A DNA stretch of 64,000 bases. It comes from Minisyncoccia bacterium (GTDB lineage Bacteria > Patescibacteriota > Minisyncoccia > Phycocordibacterales > PALSA-1337). A model generated the notes under the pieces. The model saw only the letters and a program-made list of their open reading frames with translations, made no database searches and was not told where the DNA came from. Shown one piece after another: positions 1 through 9,214 of this stretch. The translations under genes and the position numbers were made by a program. Where the stretch lies: the NCBI GenBank assembly GCA_049997795.1, contig JBEKVT010000002.1, positions 65,664-129,663 of the forward strand. The letters run 5' to 3'. Numbering within the stretch: position 1 is the stretch's first letter; each line of letters begins with the position of its first letter.

Positions 1-119
1 CTGACGGCGGCGAGCGCGGCGGCAAGCTCGTGGCTCACGGCACGCCGGAGAACGTGGCCGGGAACCCGAGATCTTACACGGGAAAGTATCTGAAGAGGGT
101 GTTAAAGGGCAATCTCTGA
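1..119 (+). CDS. uvrA: Excinuclease ABC subunit A, C-terminal end (partial, runs off the window start)
   Basis: The frame ending at TGA 117-119 translates ...[33 protein letters not shown], matching the conserved UvrA C-terminus (GGEIVA.GTPEEVA...SYTG.YLK). Confidence 0.8.
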   Translation, partial: DGGERGGKLVAHGTPENVAGNPRSYTGKYLKRVLKGNL

Positions 120-347
120 AAATAAAAGCTCGGCGATGGGCCAAGCTAGAAAGAGAGGGGGTTTAGAGACGGCGGGAACTTTATTTGACGCAAGCATAGA
201 CTAGCCAGCCCGCGATAGAGAAAAACGTTATCCAGAACAGTCCTCCCCACAGAAGAGCCTTGGTAATATGATCTTCGCGTTCATTGGTGGCTCGATTTTC
301 ATACGGAGCGTCCGGCGAAATGGCCAGACGCGGCGAGCGAGACAGGT

Positions 348-1658
348 TTGACATGGATAGGTCCTCCGGTTATCGGTTCCGAGTCTAAATTGATGAGCGG
401 CCGGTTTTACTATACGCTTACCGATATGATCGGTCAACGCCTGGCAAAGCTCAAGATACCAGACTCTCCTGGCGTCTACACATTCAAGGACGCCAAGGGA
501 CGGCCGCTATACATCGGTCGCGCCACCTCGCTCAAGGACCGGGTCAAAAGCTATTTCGGCGCCGACCTTATCGCGATGCGAGGCCCCAGGATCGTGAACA
601 TGGTCACCAAGGCCAGAACGGTCGTCTGGGAGAAGACCAGCTCGGTGCTCGAGGCCGTCTTGCTCGAAAGCGAGAGGATCAAAAAGTGTCAACCTCCTTA
701 CAACGTCGACGAGCGGGACAATAAAAGCTCGCAGTACGTTGTTATCACCGACGAGTTGTGGCCGCGGGTCTTCCTGGCGCGCTCACGGGATTTCGATCAA
801 GCCGCCAATGAGGGCCGCCTGTCTTACGCCGTCAAGCGCCGCTTCGGCCCGTATCCGGAGTCCGGCCTCATCAAAGAGGCGCTCAAGATCCTCCGCAAGA
901 TGTTCCCGTTCAAGGACAAGAAATCTTTCGACCCGCGGCACGACGCTTTTTATCGCGCTCTGGGCCGCTCTCCGGACGACAGCGACGCATCGGCTCGCCG
1001 CCGTTATCTGAGAACGATCGGCCATCTCATCCTTTTCTTCGAAGGGAAGAGGGGACAGCTCAAGACCAAGCTCAAAAGACAGATGGCGGCTTTTTCAAGA
1101 CAGCTCAAGTTCGAGGATGCCGGCGAGATCAAGAGGCTTTTGTACGCTCTTGAGCACATCAACGACATCGCCCTGGTCAAGGGCGAAACGGTCGGCCGTT
1201 TCAGGACCGGCCGACAATTCCGCTTGGAAGCTTATGACGTGGCGCATCTCGGCGGGATGGAAACGGTCGGAGCCATGGCCGTGTCGGAAAACGGCGAGCC
1301 GACGCCGGCCGGATACAGGAAGTTCAAGCTCTCAAGGAATCGGAACGATGACGTCGCCGGCCTGGCCGAGATCCTGTCACGGCGCCTCGATCATCCTGAA
1401 TGGCCTTATCCGGATGTCATCGTCGTAGACGGCAATGAGGTCCAGAAGAAGCGCGCCGAAGGGATATTGAGCGCCAGGCGCCTGGCGATCCCGGTCGTGG
1501 CCGTGACCAAGGACGAGAGGCACAAGGCGGACAGGCTCATCGGCCCCGTGGAGCTTCTCGGCCGTTATAAGCGCGACATCGTCGCGGTGAACGCCGAGGC
1601 GCATCGTTTCGCCATCAAGTACCATCGTAAGAGGAGAAGCAAGAGGGTGTTGTCTTGA
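348..1658 (+). CDS. uvrC: Excinuclease ABC subunit C, short form of 436 aa lacking the C-terminal HhH domain; the true start may be the ATG at 393 (MSGRFYYTL)
   Basis: GIY-YIG motif PGVYTFKDAKGRPLYIGRATSLKDRVKSYF, then the UvrBC-interaction region and the RNase-H-like endonuclease region (VIVVDGNEVQ...). The ORF ends before any helix-hairpin-helix domain. Confidence 0.85.
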   Translation: MTWIGPPVIGSESKLMSGRFYYTLTDMIGQRLAKLKIPDSPGVYTFKDAKGRPLYIGRATSLKDRVKSYFGADLIAMRGPRIVNMVTKARTVVWEKTSSVLEAVLLESERIKKCQPPYNVDERDNKSSQYVVITDELWPRVFLARSRDFDQAANEGRLSYAVKRRFGPYPESGLIKEALKILRKMFPFKDKKSFDPRHDAFYRALGRSPDDSDASARRRYLRTIGHLILFFEGKRGQLKTKLKRQMAAFSRQLKFEDAGEIKRLLYALEHINDIALVKGETVGRFRTGRQFRLEAYDVAHLGGMETVGAMAVSENGEPTPAGYRKFKLSRNRNDDVAGLAEILSRRLDHPEWPYPDVIVVDGNEVQKKRAEGILSARRLAIPVVAVTKDERHKADRLIGPVELLGRYKRDIVAVNAEAHRFAIKYHRKRRSKRVLS

Positions 1659-1785
1659 AGAACTCCACTTATACAAGATTACTGGCTAAAGAATGGAACA
1701 CTCGGACTGCTCCCGCTGGGAATGTTCTTCAAGACAACACCCTCCTAGCTCTCCTCCGTGATTTATGGCATGCTACAATTGATTC

Positions 1786-2766
1786 ATGGCAAATCGCATC
1801 AAAGTCGGCGTGCTCCGGGGCGGACCGAGCGCCGAATATGAGATCTCTTTGAAGACCGGCGCGGCCGTCCTTTCCGCCATCCGGTCATTCCTGGAAGATA
1901 AATACGAGCCGCGCGATGTCTTCGTCGATCGGAGCTGCATCTGGCACATCGACGGCCGGATGATACGGCCCGAAGACGCCAAGCTCTATTTCGACGTCGC
2001 TTTCAACGCCATGCACGGCGCGTACGGGGAGGACGGCAAGGTCCAAGCCATCCTCGAAGCGCACAATATACCTTTCACCGGTTCCGGTTCGCTGGCTTCG
2101 GCTCTCGGCATGAACAAGATCCTGGCGAAGAAAGTCCTGGCCATGCAGGGCATCAGATCGCCGCGTGGAAAAGAGGTCGCTTCCGAGGCCGTGGAGGCCG
2201 GCGCGGCCAAGGCGGCGGAAGGGCTTTTCAGGGCCTTTCCCGTGCCGATGGTCGTGAAGCCGGCCGGAAGCGGCTCGTCCGTCGGCGTCTCGATCGTCCG
2301 GATGCACCGGGAACTGGAACCGGCGCTCGTCGAAGCCGCAAAGCACGGCCACGCCATCCTGGTGGAAGAATATATCCCCGGCCGCGAGGCCACCTGCGCC
2401 GTCATCGAGGGCTTCAGGGGACAGGAGCTCTACGCCCTGCCGCCGATCGAGATCAGGCCGAGGAACGCCTTCTTCGACTATGAAGCCAAATACGAGGGGA
2501 AGTCCGACGAGATCGTGCCTTCGACCTTTCCGGAAGAGACCAAGAAGGAGCTTGAGGCGCTGGCCCGCAAGGTCCACGAGGCCTTGGGGCTGGTCCATTA
2601 TTCGCGGACGGATTTCATCGTCCACCCGCGTCGAGGCATCTACGTCCTGGAAACGAACACCTTGCCCGGCCTGACCGAGGGATCGCTCCTGCCGAAAGCC
2701 CTGCGCGCCGTCGGCAGCGACCTGCCGGAATTCGTCGACCATATCATCCGGCTGGCTCTGGATTGA
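1786..2766 (+). CDS. ddl: D-alanine--D-alanine ligase
   Basis: N-terminal VGVLRGGPSAEYEISLKTG, an ATP-grasp core and the EVN-TLPG motif are typical of Ddl. Confidence 0.9.
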   Translation: MANRIKVGVLRGGPSAEYEISLKTGAAVLSAIRSFLEDKYEPRDVFVDRSCIWHIDGRMIRPEDAKLYFDVAFNAMHGAYGEDGKVQAILEAHNIPFTGSGSLASALGMNKILAKKVLAMQGIRSPRGKEVASEAVEAGAAKAAEGLFRAFPVPMVVKPAGSGSSVGVSIVRMHRELEPALVEAAKHGHAILVEEYIPGREATCAVIEGFRGQELYALPPIEIRPRNAFFDYEAKYEGKSDEIVPSTFPEETKKELEALARKVHEALGLVHYSRTDFIVHPRRGIYVLETNTLPGLTEGSLLPKALRAVGSDLPEFVDHIIRLALD

Positions 2767-2782
2767 GCCGTCTTTCGCCTTG

Positions 2783-2856
2783 TGGACCCGAGCGGAATCG
2801 AACCGCTGACCTCCGCTTTGCAAAAGCGGCGCTCTAGCCGACTGAGCTACGGGCCC
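2783..2856 (-). tRNA. tRNA-Ala (anticodon TGC)
   Basis: The reverse complement GGGCCCGTAGCTCAGTCGGCTAGAGCGCCGCTTTTGCAAAGCGGAGGTCAGCGGTTCGATTCCGCTCGGGTCCA folds as a cloverleaf. It has a G3:U70 pair and anticodon loop TTTGCAA. CCA is not encoded. Confidence 0.85.
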
Positions 2857-2937
2857 TTGGTCTATGGACTTCGGAACGATTTGGATTATACTCAATCTCG
2901 GACAATAAAACCAACGACAGGATAGAAAGGAGAGCGC

Positions 2938-3429
2938 ATGAAAACGATTTGTTTGTGCCTGGTTTTCCTGTGTGCCCTCCCGGTTTTCGGCGAAGGGGCA
3001 CGGACGCCGACTAATTTTCTGGCGAATATCTACCATTGGGGCGACAAATCCACGGAAGTTCCGCCCGGAACCGTGGCCATGCAGCCGTTCAACGTCTCGG
3101 CGACCAAGATCGAGTCTGATGCCGTCTCTAAGGAAATGGACCAGTTGTTCGGTTATCACCCGGCCGACGATGAAGGAGAGGGGGGCTTGGCCAATCGATC
3201 GCTGCCGTCGTTCAGCCAGAATGAACCGGTGCTGGATGACATCGTCGACAGTTTGACGGTCCTTTCGAGGGACATCGCCCTGAAGTATCGCGGGGGAGTG
3301 AAGATCTCCCCGCGGGTCACCCTCTTTTTCAAGGGCGGCCTGTTCTGGAAGGTGAACGACAAGTATTCGATCGGCATCAGATCATTCGACTTCGGCGTCA
3401 AGGGCCTGGTCGTGAGGATCACCTGGTAG
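2938..3429 (+). CDS. Small secreted hypothetical protein (N-terminal signal peptide)
   Basis: An AAAGGAG Shine-Dalgarno lies 7 nt upstream. The N-terminus MKTICLCLVFLCALPVFGEGA is a hydrophobic signal peptide. It is the first gene of the surface-protein island. Confidence 0.6.
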   Translation: MKTICLCLVFLCALPVFGEGARTPTNFLANIYHWGDKSTEVPPGTVAMQPFNVSATKIESDAVSKEMDQLFGYHPADDEGEGGLANRSLPSFSQNEPVLDDIVDSLTVLSRDIALKYRGGVKISPRVTLFFKGGLFWKVNDKYSIGIRSFDFGVKGLVVRITW

Positions 3430-3534
3430 GTCAAGCTCCGGACAGTCGGAGCTTTTTTGTCGAAGCCGTCGTCTTCGTCGACATCATCTAGGCCTTCTTC
3501 GTCTTCGCCGCTTTCGCCATGCTATAATTTCCAC

Positions 3535-6500
3535 ATGGGAATCTTTAACCGCTTCTCTTTTCGTGGCTCCCAAAAAAATCTCATTCTGGCCGGCGCAGTC
3601 ATGGCGCTCGTGATCGCCGTATTTTTTGTTTTTCGCCCACAGCTTGGTGAGGCGAGTGTTGCGACTTCTTCTCAAGCCACGAATGGACAAGGCGCGACGG
3701 TGTCCGGAACCGTGGCTGGAGAAGGCGGCACGTCGCTCCGGATGCGATACAAAAACGCGTGGATCACTGAGCAGGCGACCAACACGCGCAGGGGAAGGCT
3801 GGTCACGATATCGGCCCAGAATGAGGACCGGGATCATCCTCTCGTCGATGTGATCGCTTCCACCACGATCCCGAAGATATTCAAAGTGGGGGACGAGAGC
3901 AAGATACGGGTCAGATGGAGGGATAACGGCGATCAGGATGTCTCTTTCCGCGCCTACGACACGGACCACGACGGCTACATCGACCGCCTAGAGTGGACGG
4001 TCCCTCATTTGTCGGACGAGACGTACGAGATCATATTCATCTCCAAGGCGTTTCAGCTCGACTCTAACCAGAATGTCATAGCCGACATATATCCCCAGGT
4101 CGAGGCCAAAGACGGCAACTGGGCGACGATCAATGACGGCCAATACGTGAGAGCCACCTTCAACCAGGTGCTGGACGATTCGAAGGATATCACCGTCTAC
4201 GCCAGACCGACGGATCAGAGCCAACCGGCAGGGATACAGGTCTATCCCGTGTACACTGACCAGAATGGCAACCAGACCGAAGGATCGCAGATCGCCGCCT
4301 TCCCGGCGATAGACCATGAGGGTACTTACAGGATCCTGCTCACCGGACTTCCGACGCCGACCGGCGTCTTCGACCTGAAGATCGCCGGCAGCGTCGCCAT
4401 CGATTGGATCGTCGACCCTCCGGGCTGGCTCTCCGGCTGGTCATACAGGAAGAAGGTAACGATATCGAACACCAATGTGGGCTCCTCTGATCTTCCGTAT
4501 TTCCCTCTGCTCGTGAATATAGCCGAGACCGGAGGCGGTTCGACCAACATCGGATATAACCTGAGCGACAAGACCAATGGCTACGACATCAGGTTCACGG
4601 ATTCGAGCGGAACGAGCCTGCTCCCATACGAAAGGGAAGCCTTGAGCGTCGCTTCGAATAACCTCACGGCCAAACTTTGGGTCCAAGTCCCGACCGTGAA
4701 CCACCTGACCACCACGGATATCTATATCTATTACGGCAATTCCGGCCAGTCAGGGAGCGACTGGACGGCCACGACTGGCTCCGGCAACTGCAGCACCATG
4801 ACAGAAGCCAAATGCACGTGGAAAGAAGGCTCTTCGCAGAACTACGACGCCGTCTGGCATTTCAAGGAAACGGGGACTAACCCGACGATCCACGACTCGA
4901 CCGCTAAAGCAAACGACAGCACGGTCCAGACATGGACGCCTACGAGTGGGCCGGTCGACGGAGCGGGAGGCGATGACGGCAGCAAATGGGTCGAATTCAA
5001 TGGGAGCACCGTATTTCTGACCGCCACAAACGCTCATACATCCTCCTTTTGGGTCAATGTCACGAGCTATGATACCGGAGGCCATACTTACCCGACCATA
5101 TTGAACCTCAAGACGGATATCGACTATTACGCGGTCTATCTGAGCGACGTATCCGGATACGAGGGTATCAGCGCGAGCACGGTCGGGATAAATGGGTGGA
5201 GAGCTTCGGGAACGAGCGCAGCCTTAATCGGCTCCTGGAATTATATAACCGTGGTCTTCGACGGGGTGGACAGGACTAATGTGAATTCCTGGAAGATCTA
5301 TGTTAACGGCGTCTCCAAATCGCTGACGACGGCGGGAGGATGGAACACTATATCGGACAACATAATCTACACCGACGACAAATCCACCGCGGACACGCTT
5401 TATGGCACCATCGACGAATTGCGAGTCGCGTCTATCGCTCGCTCTGTCGGCTGGATAAATTTCGAATATTGCAACATGATGTCGACCGCGAGCGGGACTT
5501 GCAGCGGGACGAACGAGCTCACCTTCGGCAGCCAAGACACGGGCGGCACGGACAGATACTGGATCGGCGGTACCGGCAACTGGTCGGATACCAGCCATTG
5601 GGCGAACGCGTCCGGCGGGGGAGGGGGATACAGCGTTCCAGACTCGACCACCAACGTGCACTTCGATTCCGCTTCCGGAGGAGGAACCGCGACTGTGGAT
5701 GTCGCGGCTTCCGCGGCGAATTTCACGATGGATACCGGGAACACGACCAACGTCACCCTAGGGAATACCTTGACCGCCTCGGGCAATTTTACGATAACGG
5801 CCGGCACCTTCGATGTCTCCTCCGGAAATTATGCCCTGAGCGTCGCAGGTAATTGGTCCAATGCCGGGACTTTCACGGCAAGATCAGGCACAACGACTTT
5901 TAGCGGCGCCGCTGCCGAGACGCTCGCCGGCTCGATGGTGGGTGGGAACGCGTTTAACAACATCGCTTTTAGCGGGGCCGGCACTAAATCCTTTTCGAAC
6001 AACGCCTCGACGACCAATGTGACCATCCAGGCCGGTTCGGGAGCGGTGACGGCTCCGTCCGGGCTCTGGTCCGTATCCGGCTACTGGAACAACGGCGCCA
6101 CCTTCTCGCAGACCGCCGGAACGGTCGATTTCAACTCATCGGGACCGCAATCGATCTCTGGCTCTAATACCTGGTTCGGCCTGTCGGTCTCCGGCACGAC
6201 CGCCCGCACTGTATCGTTCCAGAGCGGGGCCATCCAGACAATATCCGGGAACGGCTCACTGACGTTCATGGGAGCACCGAGCCAGACGCTCTTGCTCTCG
6301 CCGATCACTCCAGGGAGCGCCTGGAAATTGGCCGTGTCGACAACCAACGTGACCCAATCGGTCACTTACACCTCGCCGTCATACTCGGACGCGTCGGGCT
6401 CGTCGAACTACAACCAGACGGTGTACGCGACTGGCGCTGGAGACAGCGACGGCGGCAACAACACGAACTGGTCATTCGGCGTATATTCGGTCACGATAAC

Positions 6501-6873
6501 GAGCAGCGGGGTCATCTCGTACGGCTATGTGACCTTGAGCACCTCATCGACGACCCTGGGCAGCGCCTACACCCAGGTCGCGAAGAATGACGGTGCCGTG
6601 AACGAAAGATTGAACGTCAAATCGAGCGACGCCACCGGCGGAACAGGATGGACGCTCGCTTCAATCATAGGGACGAACCAGTACACCCACGAATTTTCCA
6701 CGACTACGGGATCGACCTGGACGCTCCTGCCGGACAGCTCGACCTATGTCACCGCCGACCCGGCCGTCGCGCCGAGCGGGACGACGAATTTCGATTTCCG
6801 GGTGACAGTGCCCAGCACGTCGGATTACCAGCAAAAATCCATCACTATCACCATCCAAGCGGCTGCGCCATGA
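3535..6873 (+). CDS. Giant cell-surface protein (about 1112 aa). It has an N-terminal signal anchor, a DUF2341-like region, a concanavalin/LamG-like region, a Gly/Thr/Ser/Asn-rich repetitive beta-rich region and a C-terminal WxL-type cell-wall-binding domain (CscC-like).
   Basis: The start ATG at 3535 lies 6 nt after TGCTATAAT (3520-3528), so the mRNA is leaderless; the ORF track extends it upstream to 3457. Motifs: DWIVDPPGWLSGWSYRKKVTI...PYFPLL (DUF2341-like). The C-terminus carries VKSSDATGGTGWTLAS...GSTWTLLPD...ITITIQAAAP (two W-T-L motifs). Confidence 0.7.
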   Translation: MGIFNRFSFRGSQKNLILAGAVMALVIAVFFVFRPQLGEASVATSSQATNGQGATVSGTVAGEGGTSLRMRYKNAWITEQATNTRRGRLVTISAQNEDRDHPLVDVIASTTIPKIFKVGDESKIRVRWRDNGDQDVSFRAYDTDHDGYIDRLEWTVPHLSDETYEIIFISKAFQLDSNQNVIADIYPQVEAKDGNWATINDGQYVRATFNQVLDDSKDITVYARPTDQSQPAGIQVYPVYTDQNGNQTEGSQIAAFPAIDHEGTYRILLTGLPTPTGVFDLKIAGSVAIDWIVDPPGWLSGWSYRKKVTISNTNVGSSDLPYFPLLVNIAETGGGSTNIGYNLSDKTNGYDIRFTDSSGTSLLPYEREALSVASNNLTAKLWVQVPTVNHLTTTDIYIYYGNSGQSGSDWTATTGSGNCSTMTEAKCTWKEGSSQNYDAVWHFKETGTNPTIHDSTAKANDSTVQTWTPTSGPVDGAGGDDGSKWVEFNGSTVFLTATNAHTSSFWVNVTSYDTGGHTYPTILNLKTDIDYYAVYLSDVSGYEGISASTVGINGWRASGTSAALIGSWNYITVVFDGVDRTNVNSWKIYVNGVSKSLTTAGGWNTISDNIIYTDDKSTADTLYGTIDELRVASIARSVGWINFEYCNMMSTASGTCSGTNELTFGSQDTGGTDRYWIGGTGNWSDTSHWANASGGGGGYSVPDSTTNVHFDSASGGGTATVDVAASAANFTMDTGNTTNVTLGNTLTASGNFTITAGTFDVSSGNYALSVAGNWSNAGTFTARSGTTTFSGAAAETLAGSMVGGNAFNNIAFSGAGTKSFSNNASTTNVTIQAGSGAVTAPSGLWSVSGYWNNGATFSQTAGTVDFNSSGPQSISGSNTWFGLSVSGTTARTVSFQSGAIQTISGNGSLTFMGAPSQTLLLSPITPGSAWKLAVSTTNVTQSVTYTSPSYSDASGSSNYNQTVYATGAGDSDGGNNTNWSFGVYSVTITSSGVISYGYVTLSTSSTTLGSAYTQVAKNDGAVNERLNVKSSDATGGTGWTLASIIGTNQYTHEFSTTTGSTWTLLPDSSTYVTADPAVAPSGTTNFDFRVTVPSTSDYQQKSITITIQAAAP

Positions 6874-6994
6874 TCGTCATGAGAACAGGTATGTGGATAT
6901 CTTCTCGTTATCATATGATCCCCGGATAAGCTATACTGTATGCGCGTTACAGGGATACTATATTTATTCGATCGATTAATACAAAACATAATAT

Positions 6995-7534
6995 ATGAAA
7001 CAGGATTCTCTTTTGTCTCATAAGACGTCCCAGTCTTGGCATTATGCCCTGGCGTCCCTCGTGGCCCTGGCTCTTCTCTCATGGAATATCGCCATGGCTG
7101 GTAGCACGGCCACCGTCGCGGCGACGGTCACCGCGCAGCTCTTAAACATCTCCGTCGCGCCCGGGACCATCGCTTATGGCTCGGTTCCGCTGAATACGGC
7201 TACCACCACGGTGAACCACGGCTATCAGCAGACAGTGACAAACAGCGGTTCGACTATCCAGCTCAACGTGAAGTCGAGCGACGCGACCAATGGAACGTCG
7301 TGGACGCTTGCTTCTTCCCCGGGATCCGACACATACGAGCATCAGGTCTCCACGACGACAGGATCGACCTATATGATAATGCCGAACAGCTCGACCTATA
7401 TCACCGCCTCATCGACCATGACGACCGGCGTGACCAATACGCAGAAGCTGGACTTCCAGCTGACTACGCCGACCGCCTCGACGGATTTCCTCCAAAAGTC
7501 GATCACTATCACGGTCCAAGCGGCCGCTATCTAG
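6995..7534 (+). CDS. Small secreted WxL-domain protein (CscB-like), paralogous to the C-terminal domain of the upstream giant protein
   Basis: Signal peptide WHYALASLVALALLSWNIAMA. Residues LNVKSSDATNGTSWTLASSPG...FLQKSITITVQAAAI align nearly position-for-position with the last ~110 aa of the 3535-6873 protein. Confidence 0.65.
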   Translation: MKQDSLLSHKTSQSWHYALASLVALALLSWNIAMAGSTATVAATVTAQLLNISVAPGTIAYGSVPLNTATTTVNHGYQQTVTNSGSTIQLNVKSSDATNGTSWTLASSPGSDTYEHQVSTTTGSTYMIMPNSSTYITASSTMTTGVTNTQKLDFQLTTPTASTDFLQKSITITVQAAAI

Positions 7535-7600
7535 GACATTCGTTTGGAGAATATCGCATGCTCCATATCGCGGCTGTCCGTATCGTAATGCCATAAAAAA

Positions 7601-8221
7601 ATGAAACCATCCAAGCGCGTCGCAATATTCTCTTTTGTTCTGTCGGCATTCCTCCTGCTCAGTGCTTTCTTGACAGCTTCCTATGCGGAGGCGAGGATCG
7701 GCGTGGGCATGGGCTCGAGCGAGATACGCATAACTGACTCGGTGAAACCCGGCGGCATATACAAGCTCCCGACCCTGCGCATCTTCAATACGGGCGACGA
7801 GACGACTACCTACGGCATGGACGTCAGCTATCACGAGGATTACAAACAGATCCGGCCGGCGCCGGGATGGTTCACTTTCAGTCCCACCACCTTCACTCTC
7901 GATGCCGGGAAAAGCCAGGACGTCTCGATCACCATGGTCGTTCCCGTCAAGGCGGTACCGGGCGATTATTTCGCTTTCCTCGAGGGCGGTCCGGTCTCGA
8001 GCAACAAGCCCGGCACCACCGTCGGCGTGGCCGTCGCGGCAAAATTGTTCTTCACCGTGGCGCCCGCGAACATCTTCCAGGCAGCCTTATATAGGATATC
8101 TTCGTTCTTCTCGGCATACTCGCCGTGGACATGGATAGTCTTGGGCCTCGTCCTGTGCGCCGTCGTCGTGTATCTATTCAGGAGATTCTTCTCGCTAAGC
8201 TTTGCCGTGCGGAAGAGATAG
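7601..8221 (+). CDS. CscA-like surface protein: signal peptide, beta-sandwich ectodomain, C-terminal TM anchor and a basic tail (DUF916/DUF3324-type architecture)
   Basis: N-terminal signal MKPSKRVAIFSFVLSAFLLLSAFLTASYA. Ectodomain motif FSPTTFTLDAGKSQDVSITMVVP...PGDYFAFLEG. C-terminal TM WIVLGLVLCAVVVYLF followed by RRFFSLSFAVRKR. Confidence 0.45.
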   Translation: MKPSKRVAIFSFVLSAFLLLSAFLTASYAEARIGVGMGSSEIRITDSVKPGGIYKLPTLRIFNTGDETTTYGMDVSYHEDYKQIRPAPGWFTFSPTTFTLDAGKSQDVSITMVVPVKAVPGDYFAFLEGGPVSSNKPGTTVGVAVAAKLFFTVAPANIFQAALYRISSFFSAYSPWTWIVLGLVLCAVVVYLFRRFFSLSFAVRKR

Positions 8222-8227
8222 AAAAAA

Positions 8228-9208
8228 GTGGCCAACAAGAACCTGCGCATCGCGCTAGTCTCTGCCTTAACGGTCAGTGCCGTACTTTTCGCGGGGAAGG
8301 CCCTTGCGGTCGACATCACTGCCACAGTAAGTCTGGGCGTTTTCGTCCCAGGCCAACCATCCAATCTGGCGGCGACCATCGGAGACAAGAGCGTCGAGCT
8401 GTCGTGGTCGCCGCCGTCGAACGGCGGATCGGCCATAACCGATTATATAGTCGAATACAGGCTCTCGTTGGGCGGCAGCTGGTCTTCGTTCGATGTCGGT
8501 TCCGGCGGTGATACGTCGGCGACCTTGACCGGCTTGTCCAACGATAATTCATACGACTTTCGCGTCTCCGCCGTAAACGCCATAGGCCAGGGTCCGCCAT
8601 CGCCTGTAGTGAGCGCCACGCCCGGACCGCCCGCTCAGGTCATCGTCCAGAGCTTCCTCGATCTCTATGTGCCGAGCATAGGGACGAATGTGCGCATAAC
8701 TAACGAAGGGCTGACAGCTTATGAATACAACTATACTTGGTGCGTGACCGACTCAGACACGAACCTGTGCGGCGGAGGCGACGATGTCTTCGACTCTACG
8801 GCCGCCAAATGGATCGATCCAGGACAGAACTACGATACGACGTTGAATTCCACCGTACCGTCTCCGGGGAACTATTGGTTCCATGTCGCCGTGCAGTACG
8901 GCTCTGACTCCTCGCAAGCAAGCCAGTCTTTTACAGCTGTTACGGAAACCACGCCTCCGCCGCCACCGCCACCACCGGGTGGTGGAGGGGGCGGCGGAAG
9001 TGGAGGAGCTCCGGCTTGCGTCGGCGCAGATTTCAACCATGACGGCAGGGTGGATTCGGTGGATTTCTCGATAATGCTCGCCTACTGGGGAACTTCCGGA
9101 CCGATCAATAATCCTTGCGTGGACATAAACGGCGACAAAAAGATCGATTCCGTGGACTTCTCGATCCTGCTCTACCAATGGGGCAGGAGCCCTATCCCTT
9201 TTAAATAG
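8228..9208 (+). CDS. Secreted protein with a fibronectin type III domain, a Pro/Gly linker and a C-terminal dockerin-like double calcium-binding repeat
   Basis: GTG start with a signal peptide. FN3 signature SVELSWSPPSNGGSAITDYIVEYR...YDFRVSAVNAIG. Linker PPPPPPPPGGGGGGGSGG. Dockerin repeats DFNHDGRVDSVDFSIMLAYWG and DINGDKKIDSVDFSILLYQWG. Confidence 0.6.
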   Translation: MANKNLRIALVSALTVSAVLFAGKALAVDITATVSLGVFVPGQPSNLAATIGDKSVELSWSPPSNGGSAITDYIVEYRLSLGGSWSSFDVGSGGDTSATLTGLSNDNSYDFRVSAVNAIGQGPPSPVVSATPGPPAQVIVQSFLDLYVPSIGTNVRITNEGLTAYEYNYTWCVTDSDTNLCGGGDDVFDSTAAKWIDPGQNYDTTLNSTVPSPGNYWFHVAVQYGSDSSQASQSFTAVTETTPPPPPPPPGGGGGGGSGGAPACVGADFNHDGRVDSVDFSIMLAYWGTSGPINNPCVDINGDKKIDSVDFSILLYQWGRSPIPFK

Positions 9209-9214
9209 AACGCC

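Noticed and set aside
228-437. 69-aa minus-strand ORF between uvrA and uvrC
   Set aside because: It overlaps the uvrC 5' end, and its sequence shows no coding features.
1885-3159. 424-aa minus-strand ORF spanning ddl and tRNA-Ala, plus similar long antisense ORFs (e.g. 14242-15093, 23409-24203, 30958-32166, 50478-51395, 53233-54102 and 4750-5085)
   Set aside because: They lie antisense to genes with clear homology. Their products are Arg/Gly/Pro/Asp-rich low-complexity sequences typical of stop-codon-poor antisense frames in high-GC DNA. One crosses a tRNA gene.
8940-9010. Tandem-repeat or CRISPR-like signal in the CCGCCGCCACCGCCACCACCGGGTGGTGGAGGGGGCGGCGG stretch
   Set aside because: It is in-frame coding sequence for a Pro8-Gly-rich interdomain linker, with no spacer-repeat periodicity.
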